Below, in pieces: positions 36,922-49,539 of a DNA stretch of 64,000 bases (its first letter is position 1; every line of letters starts with the position of its first letter). The DNA comes from Laetmonice hystrix. Taxonomy: Eukaryota. Location of the stretch: contig OZ249436.1 in NCBI GenBank assembly GCA_965235115.1, positions 47,430,001 to 47,494,000 of the forward strand, in the 5' to 3' direction. The position numbers and the translations under genes were made by a program. Under the pieces are notes generated by a model. That model was given only the letters and a program-made list of their open reading frames with translations. It was not told the origin of the DNA and did not search any database.

Positions 36922-39900
36922 TCCATATCCAGTGTATCCATTACATATCTATTTCATATCTGAGAGAAGTTCACATCATACGTCACTCGAGGACAGTTAG
37001 AACCGACCCACCAGACTGTCATGTCGGTATGTATCCGGCGTCATGTTTACATATGTTTATGAAAACATTCATGCCTGCTGGTCCCTGAATCTGATAATGA
37101 ATTCCATCCTCGAAATCCATGCCGGAAATCACGATGAAATCGTAATGTCAGAGTGACGGATGTCACTAACAATGCCTTTGTTCATTCTGTCTCTACACAA
37201 CATGAAAACAGTGGTGTTTTATTCATCATGTGGCGGCCATGTCCGCGTCCAATGGTGGCGCCTCACTCCACACACTGGTAGGGAGTTCAGAGAAGGAGCT
37301 GTCATTGCTCTCGTGTCTCTTGGAGAGTCAAACATTACAATGTACTGTCCAGACAATGATTACCAGCAAGACTAGCACATAACGAGCATGAAAATAACAG
37401 TTTTATGTGACCTTTTCTTGCCTGATTTTAAGACAATGAAACAATTACTTCATATGTGTGCCTTGAATACGAGATGAGCAGTTCCAACTCACCACCGGCC
37501 GGCGAGATGCTATAGTGAAAACTTTTCTTTGATTCCTTGACACAGACTTTGGGTAAGAGCGATGGCACATCAGACCAAAGCGCATGCTGAATTTAACAAT
37601 AACGACATACACGACACGGGGTATGATTTTAGTCTGGCCTGCCTGGTGTTGAGGGGGGCGGGGGGCGAGCCCCCAGATCTCCCGACCCCTCCCCATGCCA
37701 CGACCCGGCTTCTCTCCAATTCTTCATAACTCATTACGTGAGACGGATAGCCACGGCGGCACGGGGCGCTTCGGACAATTTCCGCCGCTCTACGGGGGTC
37801 GACTTTAATAATGCATGGACATCTGGCAGCGCCATCGTTCACAAAGCGGGCTTCGACATCATCAAGCAAACGCTAGCAACCACTTGATGGAGGCAGCAGT
37901 AGCAGTCCTCCTGTGTCCTACCATCGCCCTGGAGGACACGATCAGTAAAACGGCCTACTTCACTTCTGTAAAACACTGTCTGCTCAAATTGGTCTGCTGT
38001 CTGCACGACCAGCTCTACCGGTCCCTGAGACAGAGACAGAGTGGGCAAGGCAGACGGATAGGCAGAGACAGATAGTGAGAGAGACAGACAGTGGGAGAGA
38101 GACATGGACAGAGAGAGAAATACACACCATTTTACTGGCCACTTCAATCTCCCACATTTTGATCCAGTAGCTGTCAGAGCGAGTTCAAGCCTAAATCTGT
38201 TATGATGGTTCTGACACATCCATAGAGGCGGCAAGGCAATGTTGGGTGGACTGGGCGGCTCGGCACCTCCCGCATGTCATCGCTTGTTGTCAGCATTCCT
38301 GACAGCATAAAGCAACTCCTCAAGTCATTTCGTGCCCTTCCCCTGTAGGGATAGACGGGGCAGTATAAATCTATAGTGTTGTGTATTCATTGCAGGTCGA
38401 AGCGAGGGTTTCGGAAAGATGGGGCCCAACAGAGAAAGGTGACAAAACATGGCGAGTTCCGAAAGGGGGTTGGTTGTTCAGGAAACGGTATCAGGAATTT
38501 CAAACGAAGGCGAGAAAATATCACTTCCCAGAGGGGAGAACCCTTACCCCGTCCGTACCAACCCTTGGTGACCATGGTATGTGTGAAGGTATCAGTCACA
38601 CGGGCCTGCGGCGGCCAGCGGACAGCAACATGTCTTTGATGTTGGCATCAGCCACCTGTTGCTGGGTTACATTGTCACCAGTACCGTACGGCGGTGTTCT
38701 TAGTGAATGATTCCCCACCCCTCCCCCACAACGGGGATCGGACTCCCCCCCCCCCCCCCCTCCAATGTACCGGGATACCCTCCACCGTAAACACACAACG
38801 CCCTGCTATGATCTTTGTTCTACGTAAGTTTACGACAGGCCCGTTCAAAGGGCCCGCGTCTCCGCCGGAGAATCGATACCTGTAATGACACATGGTTCAT
38901 CTGGACTGCTTTAGTATATCCACCAGATGAAAGAACCCTTGCCACTTGTTTAGAAAGATCAGGGGATTGCCTCCCGGGGACAGGTTTCTTTCTCACTAGA
39001 TCCTCATCATCACTGCCTCTGACTCGGGGCTATATAAGGTCCCTTGACTGAATTAAATGGTTTACTGCCGACAGAGCGTAAACCCCCAGTTCATTCACAA
39101 TTCACTGACTCTGGACGTGGGGTGTGTGCTATATTTACCACCACATTGAGGCAGGACTTCAAAGTTAAGCCGGCGGCCGGTGGGGTAGCCGTCTACAAGG
39201 GAATGTGCTCATTAAGGTATAAAACTCAGAAACTCAAGGAACAGGTGCATTAGAGATGTTTCCCCAATAATCCAGCGACGGACGGTGAGGCCTAACCCAT
39301 GGGTGCTGCAGCCGGGGGGGGGGGGGGGCATGCCCCCTACTTTTGTTGGTGGCCTAAAAAGGTCAAAGCAGGCTTCCTAAGTTAGCCTACCTTCAAAAGG
39401 TCAAACACATCTCAAGGTTGCTCTCCCCCCCGACCCACTTTGAAATAGGAAGCGCCGCTCCTGTAACTCAAGGGAGTGTGCTTCCTTAACCTAATAACTC
39501 TAGTCACCAACGTGAAAGCCGTGGTAGGAAATGTTTCTACATTATACTGTCTCCCATTATATCCAACATGTTGTACACATGTACCTGTTCTTTCTTAGTG
39601 CAAACAGACTGTCGTGTATTTCGATTTCCATGTTCGAGCCCTTCCTTATAACCCCCCAACATCCGTTCATTTCGACCCTAAAGTCAAATCCGGTTATCCG
39701 GAACAGGAATCAATTCATTTTTTGTGACCCCCCCCCCCCCCATCCAAGACCCCATTACCTTGGTACCTGATTGACCCTGGTCATGACATCACGAGCTACA
39801 ACCAGCGCCCTCTGCCGAACAGACAACGAACCATACTGGCGTTAACTACATCCGGGCGATTATTTCACCTCACATCCTGTTACTAGGTAACATATGGCCA

Positions 39901-40539
39901 AAACTTGAAAAGGAATTCCAGTCGCTTTCTTTCAACATAACTGCAGCTTATTCACGCGGTGAAAAATCGTCGAAGTGAGAGTTTTAATCTAGGATATATT
40001 TACCTGTAATACCCGGGGGAATGGGACAAACGGGCACACCGACTAAACAACTCTACGTTCCAACTAGTCGACGCTACTCATTAGCTTCTTGACAGTGGCT
40101 CGCTAAGGCCTGTCCCTTTTGATCATCAAGTCTTATATACTTCAAACGCCCTCCGTATATTGACGTAAATGGAGGAGATTGTGAAACGTCGTACAATGAC
40201 ACGGTCTGACACTAGAGGTCGCGGCAGGGTGTGGGTGTGTGATTGGCGCCCACACACAGCGGGTTTTTTTGTTATCGCCGCGAGACCTTAATGTGGCAGG
40301 TAAAACCGTACTGACCGCCGGTAAAACCCGATGAGTGCGCAGAATGACATCAAAGTGACGCTGGTTACATAAAAACAGGTGCCCGTGGTCTCTAGACCAG
40401 CCAATCACAGGTCCTAAGAGCGTAAGTTAAGACGCTAACCTTTCTGAAACCGGGGGCTGGGAGGGTGGGCCCCCAGTGGTAAAATCACCACGGAATTTGG
40501 GAGTGAGAAGTAAAACTACGGCTGTTCCTAGCCATATAC

Positions 40540-40669
40540 CAGGCGTTGGTTTAGGGGGTTAATGTAATTAAATAAAGAAATTAATATTATTGTCACAAAT
40601 CAGTTTCTTACTTTGGGGGACTTAACAAGTGTCTTTGATGCCCCCCTCCAGCACCTGGATCCGCTCCTG
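40540..40669. mobile_element. Degenerate short DNA-transposon-derived repeat
   Basis: Starts caggcgttggtttaggggg and ends cccccc...ggatccgctcctg. A similar terminus (gcgccgctcctg) is at 39452-39463. Confidence 0.35.
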
Positions 40670-42993
40670 TAGGCCTATACCTGACCCTAACCCCTACTCC
40701 CGGTCCCAAGACCACCCACACACCCACCTACCCCAAAAAATGAAAATGTCCCCATGCTGAAAAGCCACAAAATATAACATGAGAGAGCCATTAAAAAATA
40801 TTTGTTTGAAGCAGTTCGTTCGCAATGAAGATTGTCTGAGAATAATTCCCAACTCGGCATATTCTTTAGTTAATACAAACCAAAATTACAGCATCTATTT
40901 CATGTCTGTTACGATAAATTTAAAACTTCTCATTAGTTGCTCCGAGAATATCAAATGCTGAGTACCATCTAATGTTTTGACTCAGCACAAATCCTACGGT
41001 CAATAGACTCATTTCGAGGCATTTAATATCTTAGTGTTTCCCTGTCAGATTGATCTCTTCAAGTCGGAGACATTACACCTACATATTACAGGAAAATAAC
41101 ACAATTACAGTTAATAATCTGACTGATATCGCATTGTACGTCTACTCAATCATACCTAGACAGAATACCAATCCTTTCTTTACTACATCGTTTCCCCAAC
41201 GCTAAAATACAAACAAGTTACACAGATATGGTTCAGAATCAAATTTAGGGGCTTTGTGTTTGAAGTTGCCATCAGCACTACGACTAAGATTGTTGCTGTA
41301 ATTAGTGGATATCAGCGATGAGTACCTGCGAGGGTACTGATGTAGGGTACTGATGAACGATTCCCTCGTGTGGCGTGCCTTTGAAATGTTGTTGCTTGCT
41401 ATCATACTCCTCACAATATTGGGTGGTGATTAGCATCGAGCCCCGCCTTAGCTTTGGGGCCGTATTTCAGTTTATTGAAGGGAGTGCTACATTTAGATCA
41501 CAATGTTTTCAGACTGAATAACGACAAGTACTTAAAGATGTTTACATTTTTCGACAATTTCAAATGTACAAGGAGTATGTAAATTCGTCAAGTAAGCTCA
41601 CCTAATCAGGTTGTGTTACACACACTGTAATTGATGTATAAATTATATCTACTTCGACTACCTCGACAAATGTAGCCCATACTTTCAGCTATGAAAATTG
41701 TCGGTTCTGCACACACTTTGATTTATGAATGAGAATTGTTATCAGTTCTCCTACGACCTTCGACTTCACCCATCATGCCTCATCCCCTATGAATCCCTGC
41801 TCCTCACCACGGCGCATGCTCCTGACACGGACCAATGAGATGGTAGACTGACTACAACATACATAATGAGTTCAAGGCCGTCCCTCTGGACTGCTTCCGG
41901 TACGAAAACGAGGCCCGCTCATCAAACGTCACAGTGGGACTTTCACGTCATATTTACGTGGCACAAATTCCCGAATTACGAAATCTCTAAAGATTATAAG
42001 ATGCATGGAATGCATGTTGATGTGTAGCCTCGCTCCCTGGCGTTATAGACTGAGGTCAAAACGTTTGAATGTGTTCTGTAGTACATCAACGCACTCCGCT
42101 CCAAAAGTCCGTCATCGAGACACGTCATGAATACAACATTACGTATTTCCGCCTTTTGTGATCAAATATACGATATACCAGTCTGAACTGGAGATTTGTG
42201 AGAAAATACGTCCTACCACGGTTTTGTACACACACAGTTCTTGAAATAACAATCCGTGTACACCTTAAACAGTCGGCATTCTTCAGAAATGTTATGGAGT
42301 TAATGTAAGCCCTGAGACTAAACTATAACTCCTAATGACATGTAAATGTCCTATAGAACTAGTGTGAAAACACCCCACTGTACCCTTTTTGTTACTCGTT
42401 ATTTCGCCGAGAACCCAGGTACACATTTACCCTAGAATCTATCAATCCCACACGTCAACCAACGTTTATATTTTCTCTTTGATGTCCTCATACAACTCCC
42501 AGCTGGTTTCTTTGTCCTAAGAATTTACAACACGATCAAAGGCAGATTACTCCATTGTTCTTCCTAACTAATGATTCCCATCCTACAGGGAAATGGAAAG
42601 CTATATAATAATTAGTTAGAACTAGTCTCATCAAAGGTACTTGTCACTGGGGGAATAATCGTAAAAAGAGGCACACTGATTTCTCGGTTAGGATATCATT
42701 AAGCCGGGGGTAGATGAGTGTGTTGTTGGAGGTTTTCAAAGAGGCTGAATCATCACTGTCATGTTCAACATAATAATGGTTCTTGAAGGCGACAAATCTG
42801 TGGTTGGCATGAGTCAACCTGATGAGGGTTGTCCGGGGGCCTTCAGCTACCCCCTCCTCCTCCTCCATACCTCACCATCTAACACATTCCAGACACATAG
42901 GAAAACATTTCCTGCAAACCCAAAACGTCATTTGTCAGTCGGTGGGCCGCGGTGAGCTACGGCTCCGACTCGTGATCACAGGACCTCTCTATT

Positions 42994-43057
42994 ACCTGCG
43001 GCAGGTCGGTGGTTTTCTGCGGGAACACCGGTTACCCCACCAGTAACATCTACCGCC
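42994..43057 (+). mobile_element. SINE central-domain-like fragment (V-domain-like)
   Basis: gcaggtcggtggttttctgcgggaacaccggttaccccacc resembles, from memory, the ggtttTctccgggtactccggtttcctcca core of invertebrate SINEs. Not checked by search. Confidence 0.4.
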
Positions 43058-43108
43058 TGTCTTGGCTTGGCTAATGCTGAGACAGAGAACCCAAACCCAG
43101 CTTCCAAA

Positions 43109-43610
43109 CCGATGTCAGTATTTGTTCAAGCAGACCAGCCAATCAGAAGACCGGTGTCAGTATTTGTTCAAGTAGACCAGCCAATCAGAAGACCGATGTC
43201 AGTATTTGTTCAAGTAGACCAGCCAATCAGAAGACCGATGTCAGTATTTGTTCAAGTAGACCAGCCAATCAGAAGACCGATGTCAGTATTTGTTCAAGTA
43301 GACCAGCCAATCAGAAGACCGATGTCAGTATTTGTTCAAGTAGACCAGCCAATCAGAAGACCGATGTCAGTATTTTTTCAAGCAGACCAGCCAATCAGAA
43401 GACCGATGTCAGTATTTGTTCAAGCAGACCAGCCAATCAGAAGACCGAATTCAGTATTTGTTCAAGCAGACCAGCCAATCAGAAGACCGAATTCAGTATT
43501 TGTTCAAGCAGACCAGCCAATCAGAAGACCGAATTCAGTATTTGTTCAAGCAGACCAGCCAATCAGAAGACCGAATTCAGTATTTGTTCAAGCAGACCAG
43601 CCAATCAGAA
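43109..43610. repeat. 42-bp minisatellite, ~12 copies
   Basis: Unit gatgtcagtatttgttcaagtagaccagccaatcagaagacc. Confidence 0.96.
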
Positions 43611-44295
43611 CCGTTCAGTTTACGTTTAAGTAAGAACTTTGATTTTTACGAACTGGGTCCTGAAGTCGACTCCTGACGGAGCAAACATAAATTCCACTTA
43701 TTTTCCACGAATTAATGCAAAGATTAAGACACGCTACTACGTTACCTCATTTCACAACCCTTAAAAATCAGATATACTCGTAGTATCCATGTGATCTGGA
43801 CTCAAAGATGTCTCCTACTTTGTGGGAGCGAGTTTTTTTTGGTTTTTTTTTTTTGCAGGCAGTTAAAAGACTTGCCCAACGACTGAGAAACCGGCCCCAG
43901 ACGATTTATATGTCACCTTTAGTCTCGATGGGCAATCTTTGCCGGAGAACAATTACACCACCTGAGCGGTGCCCAGTTCTCAATTTACAATTCCTATTGC
44001 CCAAATCCTATCGTTTGGCGTCAGCTTGGACGAGCGGTGACCACCGGGGAATTCCTATTAGACTGTCTGGGTTGAATACCAACCTGCGTTCTCGATGGGT
44101 CACAGGAACGCCATGCTGGGTGACGAGGCCATTGTGGCCCCTTCCCCGGACGTCATTGGGTGGGGGTTTCTGGGGGTCTTACCGAGAACCAAGGTGATTA
44201 AACAAACGCCGTGCCATTCTTCCGGAGGCACTTCGCGGATCACGTGGATGTTAGCCGTTAACGATCTGACGCTGACTACAGAAAAACTCTAAATA

Positions 44296-44431
44296 AAACC
44301 GTCCCTGCCATTGGAAACCGTCCCTGCCATTGGAAACCGTCCCTGCCCTTGGAAACCGTCCCTGTCATTGGAAACCGTCCCTGCCATTGGAAACCGTCCC
44401 TGCCATTGGAAACCGTCCCTGCCATTGGAAG
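44296..44431. repeat. 19-bp tandem repeat x7
   Basis: Unit gaaaccgtccctgccattg. Confidence 0.93.
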
Positions 44432-44559
44432 GCAAACACAGAAGTCAGGATCTCATCGACAAGAATAACCAGGAGACGGAACCGGGCTAAATACGGAAGA
44501 CTTTGCTTCCATGCTAGGGTTTTTCAGAAGGGTAGCCTATTTTATCGAATAACAGGTAC

Positions 44560-44812
44560 TGATATCACGGCGAACCTTCAATAACAGCCGATATCACGGC
44601 TAGCCTTCAATAACAGCCGATATCACGGCTAGCCTTCAATAACAGCCGATATCACGGCTAGCCTTCAATAACAGCCGATATCGCGGCTAGCCTTCAATAA
44701 CAGCCGATATCACGGCTAGCCTTCAATAACAGCCGATATCACGGCTAACCTTCAATAATAGCCGATATAACGGCTAACCTTCAATAACAGCCGATATCAC
44801 GGCTAACCTTCA
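44560..44812. repeat. 29-bp minisatellite, ~9 copies
   Basis: Unit gatatcacggctagccttcaataacagcc. Confidence 0.95.
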
Positions 44813-45185
44813 AAAAGAATTGTCCGAAACGGTTGTTTACTGTCAAAGAGAGCCTGTGGTCCGTCAGAGGAGCTCGGGCCAACCTGTCCCCAGTAAATCC
44901 ATCCATTACGAGCCACAATACGTCACCGATCCACCCAAAAAAGAGACAATCTCAAAGTCAATCATCAAGTTATTTTATGAACATTTCTACAACTGATCCA
45001 TTTTGTCCCGGGAACACTTAACTCAAATTGCCCATAATTCTTAGCGCGCTGCCGTTATGCAGTCATTTATCTGAAAGAAAAGCTATATTAATGCCACCAG
45101 AGTGCTGATGAGATATCTCAGCCGGGGGCGGTGGGCGGAGGGGGGGGGGTCGCCTTCCCGTAATGTGTACACAAGGAATGCAACG

Positions 45186-45866
45186 GATCCCCGGCCCGGG
45201 ATGAGGGCAGGTCTCCCCGGCCCGGGATGAGGGTACCGGGATGAGGATAGAGCTTCCTGGGCCGGGATAGGGTATCCCCTGGGCCGGGATAGGGTATCCC
45301 CTGGGCCGGGATAGGGTATCCCCTGGGCCGGGATAGGGTATCCCCTGGCCCGGGATGAGGGTATCCCCTGGCCCGGGATGAGGGTATCCCCTGGCCCGGG
45401 ATAGGGTATCCCCTGGCCCGGGATAGGGTATCCCCTGGCCCGGGATAGGGTATCCCCTGGGCCGGGATAGGGCATCCCCTGGCCCGGGATAGGGCATCCC
45501 CTGGGCCGGGATAGGGTATCCCCTGGGCCGGGATAGGGTATCCCCTGGGCCGGGATAGGGTATCCCCTGGGCCAGGATAGGGTATCCCCTGGGCCGGGAT
45601 AGGGTATCCCCTGGCCCGGGATGAGGGTATCCCCTGGGCCGGGATAGGGTATCCCCTGGCCCGGGATGAGGGTATCCTCTGGGCCGGGATAGGGTATCCC
45701 CTGGGCCGGGATAGGGTATCCCCTGGCCCGGGATGAGGGTAGGCCTCCCGGCCTTGGATGAGGGTAGATCCCCGGCCCGGGATGAGGAGAGATACCCCCA
45801 GCCCTGGATGAGGGTAGATCCCCGCGGCCTGGGATGAAGGTAGATCCCCCGGCCCGGGATGAGGGT
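45186..45866. repeat. 22/23-bp GC-rich minisatellite
   Basis: Units cccctgggccgggatagggtat and cccctggcccgggatgagggtat. Confidence 0.95.
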
Positions 45867-47329
45867 CAGTCTCCATGGTGACGGATTTTTGGTGTAAGAA
45901 GTAAGCATCTATTCCTATTCCTAGTTCCAAACTTAACCTTTACCTGTACTCTCGCTCCCCCAACCTCTCCTAAAGAATCGCCCTATCCCTTAGCCCTACC
46001 CCTACCCGTTACCATGGGGACAAGCCGTTACTATAGTCACCCTCCCCGGAATCGAGCACAGTCTGAAGGGCCCGCAGCATGGGTTGTCTTTTACACCACT
46101 TGGCAGCAGATCGAGTCAGATCAAGTACGGGTTACCCCAGAAATAGACCGTCTTTAACAGGTTCTTGATGACATTAGCAGCCGTGTACTGGAAGCTGCGG
46201 GAGCTGCACGAGCTGCAGCGACAGACAGCCTGTGGAAGAGAGAGCCAGGGTAGAGAACAAAGACAATGACAGCTCTAGTTCTCGTTGAAGGACGTTCACA
46301 ATGAGAGTTCTGCTGCCAAGTTTCCTTGGCAGATAATGAACTTATTGGCTGTCGGTAATCGGTAGTTGTTCAAGATGTGATTGCAATTATTAGCCATTTA
46401 CTTCTAAATTGAGGTATTTACCTGCACCAAAGCATGTCGCAATAATTCAAAAAGTGTTGATAATTGTATTTGGGTGGGCTGGCAAATGGTTTCTGCTGTC
46501 AGAAGTGAGCCAGTATCTTACTAAACAGATCTATCTATCACGGTTAGAGTGAGCTTTAACTTGAGGCAATCGGTACTGACCTATATTTTACATAGAAAAA
46601 AATTAAATTCTTCGGTTCCGCTTCAAATAAAAACTCCTTTATAGAAGCATGTGTCACCGTTATTGGCTGACAATATTGGAATCCGCTGTGCGGTCGGATT
46701 GACTGTTGTTCTACCACTTAATGAGAAACAAACGCTACATGACAGAAATTGAATACCACACAATAACCCGAAAAATGTCTACGTAAATTGGATCACCGCA
46801 TACAGAAGGTTTCCTACAGAAATCAATCACAACAGCTGGTGTGACCAGCTTTACGATATTCTACATTGATACCAAACTGGTACATGAAGTCGCCAGCGTT
46901 CGGGACAAAACCCTGCACATTTTCATCCTCAGCCAATACCATAGAACCGTACACTGACTAACGTCCTGTTTCATATCCTTTAGACGCCATCCTACACCCT
47001 GACTGATTCAAACTGATTTATGGAATCCAACAAGGCATGTTTATAATACAAAACAATAACAGAACAACCACTATCCCCAGTAATTTCATTAACAGGCCTT
47101 CAATGAAAACATGATTTTTTACACTCAGATCGATCCTAAATTTAAACATTTACAGATGATTTAAGAGTACCTTATAACACTTGTATGTGCCCCCTTTGTG
47201 CTCCTCGATCCTGACATAATAATTACAGCCATCAACTACATTAAAACAACTGTTACCAAAGACAAAGATGATGAGTTTACGTTGGTAACTAACGTCATGG
47301 CGGAAACCTGGCCTGCTTAATGGGGTGGG

Positions 47330-47420
47330 GGTCGAACCCCGTCAGGCGACAACAGACCTGAAGGTGCGGTTTCGAACCCTGTTACCAGCGGCACTAGCCA
47401 AGAGCTCTGCCAACTGCCCA
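47330..47420 (-). mobile_element. Decayed tRNA-derived SINE head (not a tRNA gene)
   Basis: On the minus strand, A-box-like tggcagagctcttgg followed by B-box-like ggttcgaaacc and ggttcgaccc. No full cloverleaf. Confidence 0.3.
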
Positions 47421-47723
47421 CCACCACCCAACAATACCATCATTAACTAGCTTCAACGAGTAAAACACGTATCACTGAAGATTTAATCAGGATTTCTTTA
47501 GTCGAATTAAGCTCAGTTTTAAAAAGTCTCGGACATACATGGCTAGATGGCGCTCGCTGCCTGTGTGGTGGTGTTAGATAGCTTAATATAATAATGATCC
47601 AACCTATCACGTCCTCTTCATTTGTCACCTGGGTTTTTGTTGGTCAGTTCTAATAAGTGTTCTTCCTATCAATTAACGCTGAACCGAGTCTGATAACAAT
47701 GGATTCTAGACACTGTCTAAATT

Positions 47724-48385
47724 AATCAATGAGTGAATCAATGAGTGAATCAATGAGTGAATCAATGAGGCAATCAAGGAGGCAATCAAGGAGGCAATCA
47801 ATGAGGCAATCAATGAGGCAATCAATGAGTCAATCAATGAGTCAATCAATGAGTCAATCTATGAGTCAATCTATGAGTCAATCAATGAGGCAATCAATGA
47901 GGCAATCTATGAGTCAATCTATGAGGCAATCAATGAGTCAATCAATGAGTCAATCAATGAGTCAATCTATGAGGCAATCAATGAGGCAATCAATGAGTCA
48001 ACCAATGAGTCAACCAATGAGTCAATCAAGGAATCAACCAATGAGTCAACCAATGAGTCAATCAAGGAATCAACCAATGAGTCAACCAATGAGTCAATCT
48101 ATGAGTCAATCAATGAGTCAATCTATGAGTCAATCTATGAGTCAATCAATGATTCAATCTATGAGTCAATCCATGAGTCAATCCATGAGTCAATCCATGA
48201 GTCAATCCATGAGTCAATCAATGAGTCAATCCATGAGTCAATCCATGAGTCAATCCATGAGTCAATCAATGAGTCAATCAAGGAGACAATCAATGAGTCA
48301 ATCAATGAGTCAATCAAGGAGGCAATCAAGGAGGCAATCAAGGAGGCAATCAAGGAGGCAATCAAGGAATCAACCAATGAGTCAA
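47724..48385. repeat. 12-bp minisatellite (caatcaatgagt)
   Basis: About 55 degenerate units; source of the MSQS-repeat ORF. Confidence 0.95.
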
Positions 48386-48635
48386 TATTCAAACACTAGT
48401 ACCGGACGATCAGACCAGAGTTTTTATCTCCCAGATCTGACTTCAATCTGACGCGAGTTCTGAGATCCATTCCGTAGTTACCGACAACTTTTCCTAAGCT
48501 CAAGAAACCAAAACGTTTGATAGACAGGAACACCATCAAACAAGTTGGTTCTCATCGCATCATGTTATCTTCCAAGTTTGTAACTTTTAATACCGATTTC
48601 ATAGATTATTTTAGTAACTGCGATTAATTATTGCT

Positions 48636-48922
48636 ATCCAATCACCGACTTACAGGTCGGTGAGGTCGATGGCCTGATCCAATCACCGACTTACAGATCG
48701 GTGAGGTCGATGACCTGATCCAATCACCGACTTACAGATCGGTGAGGTCGATGGCCTGATCCAATCACCGACTTACAGATCGGTGAGGTCGATGACCTGA
48801 TCCAATCACCGACTTACAGATCGGTGAGGTCGATGGCCTGATCCAATCACCGACTTACAGATCGGTGAGGTCGATGGCCTGATCCAATCACCGATTTACA
48901 GGTCGGTGAGATCGATGACCTG
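48636..48922. repeat. 41-bp minisatellite x7
   Basis: Unit atccaatcaccgacttacagatcggtgaggtcgatggcctg, with an internal tcaccga/tcggtga stem. Confidence 0.95.
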
Positions 48923-49539
48923 AGAGCGAGACCTAAACTGAAACCACAACGACCACAAGATACTGCTGCGATCACTGGTTATGATGATTACCCCGTTCAT
49001 GTAATATTGACATTAAATCCCGGTCACAGCTGTCGAATCACCTGGATTAGTCTCCACTCAGACCAACGTCATTCTCAAAACAACAATAAAAAGTCACCAA
49101 ATTCTAGTCATGTCCATTTTCTAGCAACCCGAGGGTTTAACGGTCATGGCATCGTGACCTAAAAAGTTAAAGGTACGAAATATATCCTAGAGCCAGACCA
49201 AACAGCGACCGTCGGGCGGGGTATTTAACCTCTGACCTCAACCCCAATTACTGCAGTCATGGCAGGGAATGGCACGTTATTGTTGGGATGTATTTCGTTC
49301 GTGATTTACATCAACGGAGGCCGACAGTGCAGCAATATGACGGCTGTAGATGGTGCCGTGAACTCAGCCGAGGTCAAACAACGGCAGAAAGCGAGGACCG
49401 AGGTCCGATGAAACATGGATCTCTTCTATCAGAATGGTGAGTGAGTATGGCTATAGCCGATATACTGGACCTAAGTGGCACCTTGGTAGGATATGGAGCT
49501 CTTGTCATCGGATAACACGGAGGACCTTCAGAGAACGGT

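Noticed and set aside
45063-45930. Pro/Gly collagen-like ORFs
   Set aside because: A 22/23-bp array with shifting frames and no Gly-X-Y register.
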